The notes: generated by a model from the letters alone, not told the origin. Positions 16,261-27,195 are shown, counted from the stretch's first letter. The stretch is 64,000 bases of DNA from an uncultured Verrucomicrobiae bacterium (GCA_963834385.1 CAWIBO010000002.1:576001-640000); one strand, 5' to 3'. Translations and numbers: made by a program.

Positions 16261-17346
16261 CTATCCTTTCGTTGCTGCGGTTTGACTGGAATGGCCCGGC
16301 GGACCGGCAAATCCGGTTCGTAGCGGGCGGAATTTTTGCTGAGACGGCGGCGGCGTTTGTCCCGCCACGGGAATGGCCTTCATGACCCGCGGCCCGACCG
16401 TGCTCTGGCCGACGGGATCGACCGTGGCGTTGATGACCTCGACCGCGGTCGGGGCAAAGGTGACGGGAATGTTGCGCTGCACCATCAGGTTGACCGTGGC
16501 GATCTCCTGCCGGTTGTCGTCGGCATGCACAAGAAAACGCTCGAGGCGCTCGATCTGCCGCTCGAGCTGGTCGAAACCGAAGGTGATCCTGGAGCCGTTC
16601 CGGTCGGTCACGACCAGGCAGTAACCGCGCGAAAGGTCGATCTGCCGGATCTGGAAACGGGTCTGCATGAAACTGCCCGTGCCCAGGCGCAGAAGCTCGA
16701 GGGCAGCGCGCGCGTCGAAGGAATCAACCACCCGGCCCGCCTCGAGCGCCTGGCTTTTGCAGCCGAGAATGACCGGGAGACCGAGATACTCCGGGAGAAG
16801 TTTCTTTTGCCGCATGAGCACGCCGCGGGCGTCGACCAGGAAGGCGCGCCCGGAAGTGAACGGGTCGGAGAACTCCTGCTCCGAGGTGATCCAGGCGACC
16901 GGTTTGCGCTCGATGATTCGAATGTCGATCTCCCGCGGCATCCGCCGGACCACTTCCACCTCGTCCACCTGCGGCAATTCCTGCAGGCGGTCGTGCACCG
17001 CGGAAAGGTTGACCCGGAAAATGTTGACCCCTTCCTCGAGCGCGGCCGCGCGAAGGATCTGTTCGCGCGCCAGGGTTCCGTCGGTGAAGACCGTGATGGT
17101 CTCGAGCCGGTAATCCGGGTTCTCGAAAAACAGGGTGCGGGCGGCATGGGAACCCCCGAGGTAAAGTCCGCCGCCGAGCGCGAGGAGGAGAACGATCTTC
17201 GAGAGTCCCACCATGATCCGGCGGTTGCGATGCTGGGTCGCGGTGCGCGACCGCACTTTCACCTCGAGAATGTTCTGCTGGCGGCGCTGCCGGCTGTTGG
17301 AAACCCGCTGGTTGCGCACGTTGACCCGCCGGTTGGTCGCTTTCAT
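16261..17346 (-). CDS. ftsQ: Cell division protein FtsQ/DivIB (POTRA)
   Basis: Start MKATNRR at 17346; basic N-terminus, one TM helix, POTRA-like LPQVDEVEVVRRMP..IxIxERKP; lies between ddl and ftsA. Confidence 0.85.
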   Translation of the reverse strand: MKATNRRVNVRNQRVSNSRQRRQQNILEVKVRSRTATQHRNRRIMVGLSKIVLLLALGGGLYLGGSHAARTLFFENPDYRLETITVFTDGTLAREQILRAAALEEGVNIFRVNLSAVHDRLQELPQVDEVEVVRRMPREIDIRIIERKPVAWITSEQEFSDPFTSGRAFLVDARGVLMRQKKLLPEYLGLPVILGCKSQALEAGRVVDSFDARAALELLRLGTGSFMQTRFQIRQIDLSRGYCLVVTDRNGSRITFGFDQLERQIERLERFLVHADDNRQEIATVNLMVQRNIPVTFAPTAVEVINATVDPVGQSTVGPRVMKAIPVAGQTPPPSQQKFRPLRTGFAGPPGHSSQTAATKG

Positions 17347-18275
17347 TTGGCCGACCTCGCTTCCAGGGAAAGCCTGATGATCCGCGCACAAAGCTCCGGG
17401 TAACCAATCCCGGCCACCCCGGCGGCTTCCGGCAACAGGCTCGACTCCGTCATCCCGGGAATCGTGTTCAACTCCAGGACGGTGGGCCGCCCATCCTCCG
17501 GGAGGATGAAATCGACCCGCGAATAAACCTGCAGGCCGAGGGCGCGATGGGCCCGCACCGCCAGGGCGCGAATTTCCTCCCCGAGACGTTCCGGCACTTC
17601 CGCGGGACAAACGTGCTGCGCGCCACCGCCCCCGGTCGGGTTCAGGAAGGGATACTTGTTGTTGAAATCGTAGAAGCCGCCTTTCGGGATGATCTCGAGG
17701 ATCGGCAGGGCCAGGTCGCCCAGCACGCCGACCGTCAGCTCGCGGCCCGGCATGAACTTTTCCACCAGGATGCGCTGGTCATACTCCGACGCGCCGGCAA
17801 GGGCAGCGTCGACTTCCTCCGGCGTCTTGACGATGTAAACGCCGACGGTCGAACCCTGGCGCGGCGCCTTGACCACGAACGGCAGCGTCATCGCGGGCCG
17901 TTCGCCGGGTCCGATCACCTCCCAGGCGGGCGTCGGGACGTCACCGGCATCAAACCGTTCCTTGGAAAGAATTTTGTCAAAGGCGATGCGGCTGCCTTCG
18001 ATCCCTTCGCCGGTGTAGGCGACCCCGCGCTCCTCCAGCAGCCGCTGGACTTCGCCGTCCTCGCCGAAAGTGCCGTGCAAAGCGATGAAGGCCAGCTCCG
18101 TTCCGGCCGGCAGCTCGAAATCGGGGCCTTTCACGTCGACCTCGGTCACGTCCAGTTCGAGGGCGCGCAACGCCTTCGCCACCCCGCGACCCGTGGCCAG
18201 GGAAACTTCGCGCTCGGCGCTCGGTCCGCCCATGAGCACCGCCACCCGGGAAGGAAGTTTTCGTTCGCTGCTCAT
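17343..18275 (-). CDS. ddl: D-alanine--D-alanine ligase
   Basis: VLMGGPSAEREVS, LHGTFGEDG, GSTVG, ELNTIPGMT; own ATG at 18275 overlaps the MurB stop. Confidence 0.93.
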   Translation of the reverse strand: MSSERKLPSRVAVLMGGPSAEREVSLATGRGVAKALRALELDVTEVDVKGPDFELPAGTELAFIALHGTFGEDGEVQRLLEERGVAYTGEGIEGSRIAFDKILSKERFDAGDVPTPAWEVIGPGERPAMTLPFVVKAPRQGSTVGVYIVKTPEEVDAALAGASEYDQRILVEKFMPGRELTVGVLGDLALPILEIIPKGGFYDFNNKYPFLNPTGGGGAQHVCPAEVPERLGEEIRALAVRAHRALGLQVYSRVDFILPEDGRPTVLELNTIPGMTESSLLPEAAGVAGIGYPELCARIIRLSLEARSAK

Positions 18276-20573
18276 GCCGGTTCCCCCACGATTTGCACTT
18301 CCGTCTCCAGTTCGATTCCCCGTTTCTCCCGCGCCACCGACTGCACCTGGTCGATCAGGGCCAGCATCTCCGCCGCGGTCGCGCCGCCATCGTTGACCAT
18401 GAAATTGCCGTGCACCTCGGAGACGCGGGCGTTGCCGACGCGCAGGTTCTTCAATCCCAGCTCGTCCACCAGGCGGCCGGCCGGGCATTCCTTCGGATTT
18501 TTGAAAATGCAGCCGGCGCTGCGGGCGGCCGGTTGCGAAGTGCGCCGTTTCTCCTGCGATTCCTCGAGCCGGCGCGAAATCTCCTCCACCGGCGCGGGCG
18601 GACCGGTGAAAACGGCCGAGACGGCGTAGCTTGTTCTCGAGCGAGGGGACATGGCGATAGTGCACCTCCATCTCCGCGGCCTTCTTCGTATGAGGATTCC
18701 CCTCCGCGTCGAGAAAGCGGACGCTCTCGACGTTATCAAATGTCTGCGCGCCCATGGCGCCGGCGTTCATCCGCAGCCCGCCGCCCACTTCGCCCGGGAT
18801 CCCTTCCATCCACTCCAGTCCGCCAATCCCTGCGCTTTTCCCGGCATAGGCGACCTGTTTCAGCTTGGCTCCCACGCCGGCGGTGATGGTGCCCTGGGAA
18901 ACTTCCACGCGGTCGAACTCCCCGCCCGAGGGATGCACGACCACGCCGCGGATCCCGCCATCGCGCACCAGGAGGTTGGAGCCCCGGCCGATGACAAACA
19001 GCGGAAGCTTTTCGGCGCGGCAAAACCGGATCACCCCGGCAAAAGCGGACTCATCGCGCGGCTCCACCCAGAACTGGGCCGGCCCGCCAACGCGCAGCGT
19101 GGTATGGCGGGCCAGCGGCTCATACAGGCGCACCTCGCCCTCTTCCCCCACGATTTCCTTGAGCCGCTCGGCCACCACGAGGTCGCCGGCGAGGATGGCC
19201 AGCTGTTCGTGGATGTTGCCGGCACCGAGGCTCAGGACGAGGTCGCCGCTCGCGAGCATGTTCCCCATTTCCCAGTGCAACCGGTCGAGCCGCGGCTGGT
19301 AAACCACCCCGGCATGCCCCCCGGCGGCCACTTCATCGACGATGGTCTGCCCGGTGATTCCCTCAATGGGACGTTCGCTCGCCGGATAGACATCCGTCAC
19401 CACCAGCCGGTCGGCATCACCAAAACACTGCCCAAACTCCTTCCGCAGCGCCTTGGTCCGTGAATAGCGATGCGGCTGGAACATGGCGAGCACCCGGCTG
19501 CGGCCCGCCGTGCGCGCCGTCGCCAGGGTGGCCCGAATTTCCGTCGGATGATGCGCGTAATCGTCCACGAGCATGAAACGCTCGCTCTGATACTTGATCT
19601 CAAAACGCCGGCGGGCATGCCGAAATTGCGCCAGCGAGGCCGCGATCTTTTCAAAGGGCACGCCCAGCTCCGTGGCCACGGCGATGACCCCGAGCGCGTT
19701 GCTCACATTATGACGCCCGGGGACGCTCAGGGTGGCCTCGCCCAGTTTCCGGCCGCGCTGGTGCACGCAAAAGACGGAGGCAAAATCCCGCAGCTCAATA
19801 TCCACCCCGCGGTAGTCGGCCGGCTCGCCGAACCCGAAGGAGACGGCCGCTCCGGAACGTTCCCGGCAAAGACGCGCCGCGTGCGCGTCGTCCGCGCAAT
19901 AAAACGTCTTCCCTTCCGTTTGCTCGAGCAACTGCCGAAAGACCGCCTCGATCGCGGAGAGATCGGCATAAAAATCAAGGTGCTCCTCCTCGATGTTGAG
20001 GATGAGCGCGTGTTCCGGCCGGAAAAGCCGGAGGGTCCCGTCGCTTTCGTCGCCCTCAGCGACAAAATATTCGCCACGGCGGTCCCAGTGCGCGTTCGAA
20101 CCGAGGATGGGAATTTCCGCGCCGACATAATGGGAGGGATGCAGGCCGCCCCCGCGCAGGACATGGGCAAGCATGGCCGAGGTGGTGGTCTTGCCGTGCA
20201 TCCCGGCGACGATCACCCCGCGTTTGCCGCGCATGATCGCGGCCAGAGCTTCGGCCCGCCGGATGGCCGTCTGACCGCTGCCCCGCGCCGCGGCCAGGAT
20301 TGGGTTGTCGTCCCGGATGGCCGAGGAAAAAACGATGAGCTCGGCGCCGGCGGCGTCTTCCGCCCGGTGAGCCCGATGGAACCGGAGTCCAAGCTGTTCC
20401 AACCGCTCAATCTCGAGCGTTTGCACCTTGTCGGATCCGCTCACGGTGTGTCCCAGCTCGAGCAGCAGCGCCGCGATCCCGCTCATGCCGCTCCCGGCCA
20501 CGCCGATCAAATGCACATGATGCTGTTCCTGCGTCAGCATCCGCGCGAGTTCCGCCTGCACGGTCGCGCTCAC
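18272..20573 (-). CDS. murC: MurC-MurB fusion (UDP-MurNAc-L-Ala ligase + UDP-GlcNAc-enolpyruvate reductase); apparent +1 frameshift near 18630
   Basis: MurC motifs GVAGSGMS, GMHGKTTT, EGDESD, DDYAHHP run in frame into MurB motifs HTTLRVGGPA, GRGSNLL, GIPG..GG..MNAGA; the MurB C-terminus (SAGCIFKNP, HGNF, ELETEV) is in the adjacent frame. Confidence 0.9.
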
Positions 20574-21661
20574 GCCTTCACCTCCGCGTAACGTTCCATC
20601 GTGTCGGCCACAGCCCGGGCGGCCTCGCGGGGCGCATGCTTGGCCGCGGCCGCAGCCATTCCCTGCAAGGAAACGGCGTCCCCGAGCAGGTCGGCCACGG
20701 TGCGTCCCAGCAGGTCGCCCGTGATGCTGCTTTCCGGGAGCAGCCGGGCCGCCCCCGACTGCACAAAGATCTCGGCGTTGCGCGTCTGGTGATCATCCGC
20801 GGCGTAGGGGAACGGCACCAGGACAGCCGGGAGCGAGAAGGCCGCAATCTCCGCCAGGCTGGCCGCGCCGGACCGGGCCACGGCCAGGTCGGCCGCGCTG
20901 TAAAGTTCCTCCATGCGATGATGAAAGGGCGCGACCCAGGCCGGCACGTTTTCGCGCCGGTAATTGTCGGCCACCAGGCGTTCGTCACGACCGCCGGTGA
21001 GATGCATCACCTGGAGTGGACGGCTTTTCAGCGCCGGCAAAGCCCGGATCATTGCCTGGTTCAGGCCGCTGGCTCCCTGGCTGCCGCCCATGACAAGAAC
21101 GGTGGGCAGGTCGGGCGAAAGGCCGAGACGATTCCGGGCGGCGGCGCGCTCCATGGGCTGCAAGTCGGGACGGATCGGCGTTCCGGTTACTTCCGTCCGA
21201 ACCCGCGGAAAAAACGGCGCGCATTCCTTGAAGCCGAGCAAGACCGCGCGGACCAGGCGGGCGGTGACCTTGTTCGCCTTGCCCGGGATGGCGTTTGATT
21301 CGTGAATGAAAGTCGGGATGCCGCGGAGACGCCCGGCCAGGACCGGTGCGGTGGAGGTGAATCCGCCCATGCCGAGGACCACATGCGGTTTGAACTGGCG
21401 ATAGATGCCGCGGCAAAGCGCGAGGCTGTGGGCGAAGCGCCGGAAGAAGGCGAGGATCGCGGGGGAAAAGGGCGAGGGCAGACCGATCGAGGGCAGTTTC
21501 TCGAACCGGAAATGTCCGTGGGCGGAAGCGGCCAGGGTATCGATTTCCTTTTCGGAAATGAAGAGCATGACCTCGTGGCCGCGGCCGCGCAGAACTTCCG
21601 CCACGGCCAGGCCGGGAAAGAGGTGGCCGCCCGTGCCACCGCAGGCGATGACAGCATTCAT
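20570..21661 (-). CDS. murG: Lipid II GlcNAc transferase MurG
   Basis: GGTGGHLFP, HESNAIPG, GGSQGA, RSGA, HQTRNA. Confidence 0.96.
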   Translation of the reverse strand: MNAVIACGGTGGHLFPGLAVAEVLRGRGHEVMLFISEKEIDTLAASAHGHFRFEKLPSIGLPSPFSPAILAFFRRFAHSLALCRGIYRQFKPHVVLGMGGFTSTAPVLAGRLRGIPTFIHESNAIPGKANKVTARLVRAVLLGFKECAPFFPRVRTEVTGTPIRPDLQPMERAAARNRLGLSPDLPTVLVMGGSQGASGLNQAMIRALPALKSRPLQVMHLTGGRDERLVADNYRRENVPAWVAPFHHRMEELYSAADLAVARSGAASLAEIAAFSLPAVLVPFPYAADDHQTRNAEIFVQSGAARLLPESSITGDLLGRTVADLLGDAVSLQGMAAAAAKHAPREAARAVADTMERYAEVKA

Positions 21662-21686
21662 GAGCAGTGGGTTTTTCCTTTCCTGC

Positions 21687-22829
21687 TCATATTCTTGGGG
21701 TGGCCCGGACCTGCATGGTGACGCGGCGGCGGGAAGCCGGCTCGAGCACGCCCTGGCGATAAACGCTCAGGAGCAGGCCCACGCCGAAAAGACAGGCCAC
21801 GAGGTTGGAGCCGCCGTAACTGATAAAGGGGAGCGGCAAACCCTTGTTCGGCAGGAGCGAGGTGGTGACGCCGATGTTGACCGCGGCCTGGAGAGCGACC
21901 AACGAGACCACGCCGCCGGCGAGAAGGAGACCAAAGCGATCCTTGGCGTGCAGGGCGATCAGGGTGCCGCAGACAATGATGACGACGAAGAGAAAAACCA
22001 CGAGGAGACTGAAGCGCAGTCCCAGTTCCTCACCCACGATGGGAAAAATGAAGTCCGTGTGGGCGTAGGGCAGATAGAGCATCTTCTGCCGGCCATTGCC
22101 GAGACCGAGACCTTCCAGGCCGCCGCTTCCCCAGGCCAGCAGCGCCTGCATCTGCTGGAGACCGGCATCCTCCTTGAATTTCTCCGGGTCCATGAACGCC
22201 ACCAGGCGTCCCATTCGCTCGGTCATCTGCGTGGCGACAAAGAGGAGACCGGCCACGCCGCTCAGGGCCACGCCGCCGAGCAGAACCGGGTTCGTCCCGG
22301 CGAGGAACATGACCACGAAGGCGGTGGCCCCGACGAGCGCGGTTGTGCCGAGATCGACCTCCAGGACGATGAGCAACAGCGGGAGAGCCACCACCAGCAA
22401 CGGCGCGAGAAAACCGCGCACCAGCTCGCCGCTCTGCTTCTCAAACCGGGTGAACCACCAGGCCAGGAAAAAGATCACCGCCAGCTTGGCCAGCTCCGAC
22501 GGCTGGAAAGTGAAACCGCCGCCGCCGATCCAGCGGTTTGAGCCGTTGATCCGCATGCCGATGCCGGGGGCAAAACAAAGCGCCAGCGCCGCCAAAGCGA
22601 GGCCGAACCAGAGCCACCACGTCCGCTGCCAGAAATGATAATCCACCGCCGCGGTCACGAGGCAGATGACAAATCCAATCCCCAGCCAGATCGACTGGCG
22701 CCTGATGAAAAAATACACGTCTCCGCGACTGTCCCGGGCAAAGGCGCTCGTGCTGAAGAGCATGACGATGCCGATGACGAGCAGGGCCAGAACGGCGAGG
22801 ACGAGAAGATAGGCGCTCTTGCGATGCAT
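21687..22829 (-). CDS. ftsW: Peptidoglycan glycosyltransferase FtsW (SEDS)
   Basis: NGSNRWI, FQPSELAK, AHTDFIF, GEELG, LPFISYGGS. Confidence 0.95.
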   Translation of the reverse strand: MHRKSAYLLVLAVLALLVIGIVMLFSTSAFARDSRGDVYFFIRRQSIWLGIGFVICLVTAAVDYHFWQRTWWLWFGLALAALALCFAPGIGMRINGSNRWIGGGGFTFQPSELAKLAVIFFLAWWFTRFEKQSGELVRGFLAPLLVVALPLLLIVLEVDLGTTALVGATAFVVMFLAGTNPVLLGGVALSGVAGLLFVATQMTERMGRLVAFMDPEKFKEDAGLQQMQALLAWGSGGLEGLGLGNGRQKMLYLPYAHTDFIFPIVGEELGLRFSLLVVFLFVVIIVCGTLIALHAKDRFGLLLAGGVVSLVALQAAVNIGVTTSLLPNKGLPLPFISYGGSNLVACLFGVGLLLSVYRQGVLEPASRRRVTMQVRATPRI

Positions 22830-22832
22830 CAG

Positions 22833-23385
22833 TTACCGTCCCGATTTTGCCGGTACCAGCAGTTTCTGCCCGATCTGGAGTTTTCGCGGGTCATCAATCT
22901 TGTTCACCTCAAGGAGCGCGTCGTAGGAGACACCGAGCTTGCGCGCGATCTTCACCGGGTTGTCGCCCTTGACCACGACGTAGGTCTTGCCGGACGTCGC
23001 CGCACGGCCCCCGGCCGGTTCGGCGCGCCGCACTTCCTTCCCGCTTTTCTCCACTTTGGTCGCCGGGCGCACCGCGACCAGGTCTTCCTTCGCCCCCGCC
23101 GATGCGGGCGCGTCCGTCGCCGGTGCCGTCTCCGCGGGCGAAGCGGGCGCGCTCACAGACGGCGGCCGTGGTGTCGCCGCCGCGATTCTTGATCGTGTTA
23201 AAGGCCAGGATGCCGGCCACGGCCACGACATGGAGCACGAGAACGATCAGGATCGCGCGGGAAAGCTTCATGTTGGGCTCGGACATTTCCTCGAACTCCA
23301 TGTCTTTCGGGAACGAGATGGAACGGCGCGCGGTGGAGGCGCGGAGTTTCTTGCGCAGCAGTTTGGGGAGTTTTGGTATTTTCAT
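22833..23385 (-). CDS. Membrane-anchored LysM protein; apparent +1 frameshift near 23160
   Basis: N-terminal frame has a TM helix (ILIVLVLHVVAVAGIL); adjacent frame has the LysM YVVVKGDNPVKIARKLGV...LQIGQKLLVP. Confidence 0.85.
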
Positions 23386-24713
23386 TTGGGGAGAGCCTGG
23401 ACAAGGGCACGGAACTGATCGCCGCGGTCGGCGTAGCTCTTGAACATGTCGAAAGAGGAGGTGCCCGGGGAAAAGAGAACCACTTCGCCGGGACGGGCCA
23501 CGCGGTGCGCCCGCTCCACCGCGTCAGCCAGGCTGGAGGCGATTTCGCACGGGACGGTTCCCTCCCAGTCCTGGGCGATGCTCCCGGCCATCTCGCCGAG
23601 AAGCACGGCCTGGCGGACCTTGCCGGCGAGCGCGGCCCGGACCGGCGCGAAATCGAAACCCTTGTCCTTGCCGCCGGCCACGAGGACGACCGGTTTCCCC
23701 TGGGCGAGGAGGGCCTTCTCCAGCGCGGCGAGGTTGGTCGCTTTGGAATCGTTGATCCACTCCACGCCGCCGACCTCGCGCACCATCTCGCAACGGTGGG
23801 GCCGGGGCTCGTAGGTGCTGAGCGACGGCACCATCTCGGCCGGGGAAAGTCCGCGGGCCATGCCGACCGCGAGGGTGGCCATCAGGTTCTCGATGTTATG
23901 CAGCCCCCGCAGCCTCGTCTCGGCCAGCCGCAGCAAAATCTCGCCGCGATGAATGATCGCGCCTTCCTCCAACCGAAAATCAGCCTGGTGGGAGTAGGCG
24001 CTGAACGTGACCTTGCGCGGGGCCAGCGCGGGCAGATCGTCGATGGCGTTGACCACCGCGACATCCTCCCCGGTCTGGTTTTCGAAAATGCGCAGCTTGG
24101 CGCTGCGATAGGCCGCGAGGGAGGGATAACGATCAAGATGGTCCGGGGCAAAGTTCAGCCAGACGCTGATGGCCGGGCGGAAACTGCGGATCGTCTCGAG
24201 CTGGAACGAGCTGACCTCCACCGTGAGGAGATCGAATTTTTCCTGTTCGCGCACGACCTCGGAGAAGGGCTCGCCGATGTTTCCGCAGGCGATGGTGCGC
24301 TGGCCGCAGGCGTTCAACATCTGCGCCAGCAACTCGGTGGTGGTGGTCTTGCCATTGGTCCCGGTGATCGCCACCACCGGTTTGGTGCAGGAACGCCAGG
24401 CCAGTTCCAGCTCGCCGATCATCTCGGTGCCGCGGGCGGAAAAATTCCGGGCCAGGGGCGAGACCGGGTCAATCCCCGGGCTGAGCACGACCAGGTCGTA
24501 GGAGGCGGAGTCGGCGTCGGCGGCCGAACCGCAGACCACCTCGATGCCGTCGCTCCGGAGTGAAGCGAGGCTGGACTGCAAGAGGCGCGACTCCTCGGCG
24601 CTGTCGAGCACCGTCACCGTTGCCCCTTCCGCACGGAGCAAATGGGCCGCGGCCGTTCCGCTGAGACCGGCCCCGAGCACCGCCGCTTTTTTTCCCTGGT
24701 AACGCGCGCTCAT
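23382..24713 (-). CDS. murD: UDP-MurNAc-L-Ala--D-Glu ligase MurD
   Basis: GAGLSG, SPGI, ITGTNGKTTT, EVSSFQL, DHLDRY, NDSKATN, SFDMF. Confidence 0.96.
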   Translation of the reverse strand: MSARYQGKKAAVLGAGLSGTAAAHLLRAEGATVTVLDSAEESRLLQSSLASLRSDGIEVVCGSAADADSASYDLVVLSPGIDPVSPLARNFSARGTEMIGELELAWRSCTKPVVAITGTNGKTTTTELLAQMLNACGQRTIACGNIGEPFSEVVREQEKFDLLTVEVSSFQLETIRSFRPAISVWLNFAPDHLDRYPSLAAYRSAKLRIFENQTGEDVAVVNAIDDLPALAPRKVTFSAYSHQADFRLEEGAIIHRGEILLRLAETRLRGLHNIENLMATLAVGMARGLSPAEMVPSLSTYEPRPHRCEMVREVGGVEWINDSKATNLAALEKALLAQGKPVVLVAGGKDKGFDFAPVRAALAGKVRQAVLLGEMAGSIAQDWEGTVPCEIASSLADAVERAHRVARPGEVVLFSPGTSSFDMFKSYADRGDQFRALVQALPK

Positions 24714-25810
24714 CGGAGTTTCAGCGTGGCCAGGCCGAGCAGGGCGAAAACGGCCGAGAGAATCCAGAAGCGGACAATGACGGTGTTCTCCTTCCAGCCG
24801 GTCAGCTCGAAGTGGTGGTGAATGGGCGACATCGCAAAAAGCCGTTTCCCGGTCAGCTTGAAACTCAGGACCTGCAGGATCACCGAGGTGGCCTCGATCA
24901 CGAAGACGCCGCCCACGACGGACAGGAGAAGCTCCTGTTTGCAGCAGATCGCGACCACGCCCATGAGGCCGCCGATGGCGAGCGAGCCGGTGTCACCCAT
25001 GAACATCTTGGCCGGGTAACAGTTGAACCAGAGAAACCCGAGGCCGGCCCCGATCAAGGCGGCGCAGATCACGGTCAGCTCACCGGTGAAGGGATAGAAC
25101 GGGACCTGGAGATATTCCGCGATCTTGAAGTTGCCCGCGGCATACGTCAGGAGCGCGTAGGTGAAGGCCACCGTGACGGTGCAGCCGATGGCCAGCCCGT
25201 CCAGCCCGTCGGTCAGGTTGACCGCGTTGGAGGAGCCGACAATCACAAGCGAGAAGAAGAGAAAGGTGAACGCGCCCATGTTCGTGATCATGGGCGTCTT
25301 GAAAAACGGCACATAAAGCGAACGCGCCTGCACCTCCAGGAGCGGGCTGGTCAGGAACACGGCCGTGACCAGGGCGGCCAGGCCGAGCTGGAAAATCAGT
25401 TTCACGCGGCCGCTGATGCCGTCCGATTTTTTCTTCGTGACCTTCAGGTAATCATCGGCAAACCCGAGCACGCCGAGATAGACCATGCTGAAGAGCGCGA
25501 GCCAGACGAAACGATTGTCGGGGCGCGCCCAGGCCAGGCTCGAAACGAGGACGGCGCCGATGATGAGCACCCCGCCCATGGTGGGCGTCCCGGCCTTGCT
25601 GCCGTGCAGCTCGGCCAGCCGGCGCACTTCCTCCTTGGTCCGGATCGGCTGGCCCACCTTGAGCGAGATCAGCTTGCGGATGACAAAACCACCGAAGGCG
25701 AGGGAGATGACAAAGGCGGTCACGGCCGCGGCGACCGAGCGGAAAGTGACATAGGAAAAGACGTTGAAGCCGATGAGCTCGTCGCTCAGCAGATGGAGGT
25801 AATACATCAT
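24710..25810 (-). CDS. mraY: Phospho-MurNAc-pentapeptide transferase MraY
   Basis: Start MMYYLH at 25810; GTPTMGG, DDYLK, NAVNLTDGLDG, FMGDTGS, PIHHHFE. Confidence 0.96.
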   Translation of the reverse strand: MMYYLHLLSDELIGFNVFSYVTFRSVAAAVTAFVISLAFGGFVIRKLISLKVGQPIRTKEEVRRLAELHGSKAGTPTMGGVLIIGAVLVSSLAWARPDNRFVWLALFSMVYLGVLGFADDYLKVTKKKSDGISGRVKLIFQLGLAALVTAVFLTSPLLEVQARSLYVPFFKTPMITNMGAFTFLFFSLVIVGSSNAVNLTDGLDGLAIGCTVTVAFTYALLTYAAGNFKIAEYLQVPFYPFTGELTVICAALIGAGLGFLWFNCYPAKMFMGDTGSLAIGGLMGVVAICCKQELLLSVVGGVFVIEATSVILQVLSFKLTGKRLFAMSPIHHHFELTGWKENTVIVRFWILSAVFALLGLATLKLR

Positions 25811-27195
25811 CGCGCCACCTCCTCGGCCGGGGCCAGCCGGCCGAATTCCTCCAGCACCTCTTCCATGCGCGCGGAACGACTGCCCTTCACCAGGACAAGA
25901 TCGCCGGGCACCACGGTGTCGCGCAGCAGCGCCGCCGCTTCCGCGGGCGTGCCCGCGAGACAAACGTCGGCCAGCCCGGCCCGGCGGGCCGCTTCGCCGA
26001 TCTGCGCGCCGATATCGCCGACCGCGACGAGGCGGTCGATGCGCAGGGTCGCGGCGGTCTCGCCCACTTCACGATGTCCGCGTCCGGATTCGGTTCCGAG
26101 CTCGCCCATCGCGCCCAGCACGGCCACGCGCCGGCCGTCCGTCTCCAATTCCACCAGCGTCCGCAGGGCCGCTTTCATGGAGTCGGGATTGGCGTTGTAG
26201 CTGTCGTCGATGAACTGCACGCCCTGGACTTCGCGCACCTGCAGGCGCGCCTTGGTCAGCGGCGCCGAGGCCAGCCCGGCCGCGCATTCTTCCAGCGTCA
26301 TGGCAAAGGAACGCCCGGCGGCCACGGCCAGGAGCGCGTTCTGCACCATGTGCAGTCCCGGCACCGGGAGCTGCGTCCGGCAGCGGTGCGCCCGCTCCAT
26401 CACGGTGAACTCGGAGCCGGCCGCGCTTTGGGAAACCTCCACCGCGCGCACCGAGCCCTGGTTGATTCCGGCCAGGACCACGCGGGCCTGCGTCCGGGCG
26501 GCGATCCCCTCGCTGAAAGGATCGTCGCCGTTGAGAATGACCGTCCCGGCAGGCCCGATCGCTTCGGCCAGCGCGCCTTTCTCCTGCGCAATCGCCTCCT
26601 GGCTGCCCATGAATTCGATGTGGGCAATGCCGATGTTGGTGATGATCCCGATCTCCGGCTGCGCCAGCCGCGCCAGGGCCGCGATCTCGCCCGGATGATT
26701 CATCCCCAGTTCCCAGACCGCGACCTCATCCTCCCGCCCCGCCTCCAGCATGGTCCGCGGCAGGCCGACATGGTTGTTGAAATTTCCCTGGGTCTTGGTG
26801 ACCCGGAAACGCCGGCCGAGGACGGCGGCGACAAAATCCTTCGTGCTCGTTTTGCCGTTGCTCCCGGTGATGGCGATGACGTGCAGGGAAAGCGTGGCGC
26901 GATACTTCGCCGCGATCTCCTGGTAGGCCACAAGGGTATCGGGCACGCGCAGGACCGGCACCGCGGGTTCCTCTCCCCGCCAGTCGGCCGCGACCACCAA
27001 TCCGGCCGCCCCGCGCTCGACCGCCTGCTCGAGGAAGCGGTGACCGTCGAAGTTCTCCCCGCGCAAGGCCAGGAAAAGGTCGCCCGGCTGCAGGGTGCGC
27101 GAGTCGGTGCTGATGCGTGTAACAGTTTCCGCCCCGCCGCGGGACCATTTCGCTCCGGCGAACCCGCCAATTTGTTCCAGTGAAGTCGGTTCCAT
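25807..27195 (-). CDS. murF: UDP-MurNAc-tripeptide--D-Ala-D-Ala ligase MurF
   Basis: STDSR, ITGSNGKTSTK, NNHVGLP, ELGMNHPGEI, DDSYNANPDSM, VKGSR. Confidence 0.96.
   Translation of the reverse strand: MEPTSLEQIGGFAGAKWSRGGAETVTRISTDSRTLQPGDLFLALRGENFDGHRFLEQAVERGAAGLVVAADWRGEEPAVPVLRVPDTLVAYQEIAAKYRATLSLHVIAITGSNGKTSTKDFVAAVLGRRFRVTKTQGNFNNHVGLPRTMLEAGREDEVAVWELGMNHPGEIAALARLAQPEIGIITNIGIAHIEFMGSQEAIAQEKGALAEAIGPAGTVILNGDDPFSEGIAARTQARVVLAGINQGSVRAVEVSQSAAGSEFTVMERAHRCRTQLPVPGLHMVQNALLAVAAGRSFAMTLEECAAGLASAPLTKARLQVREVQGVQFIDDSYNANPDSMKAALRTLVELETDGRRVAVLGAMGELGTESGRGHREVGETAATLRIDRLVAVGDIGAQIGEAARRAGLADVCLAGTPAEAAALLRDTVVPGDLVLVKGSRSARMEEVLEEFGRLAPAEEVAR

Noticed and set aside
17343..20573. 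Apparent 1076-aa MurC-MurB-Ddl triple fusion in the ORF track
   Set aside because: The join passes through ~118 codons of out-of-frame sequence after a +1 insertion near 18630; the true MurB C-terminus is in another frame and ddl has its own ATG at 18275
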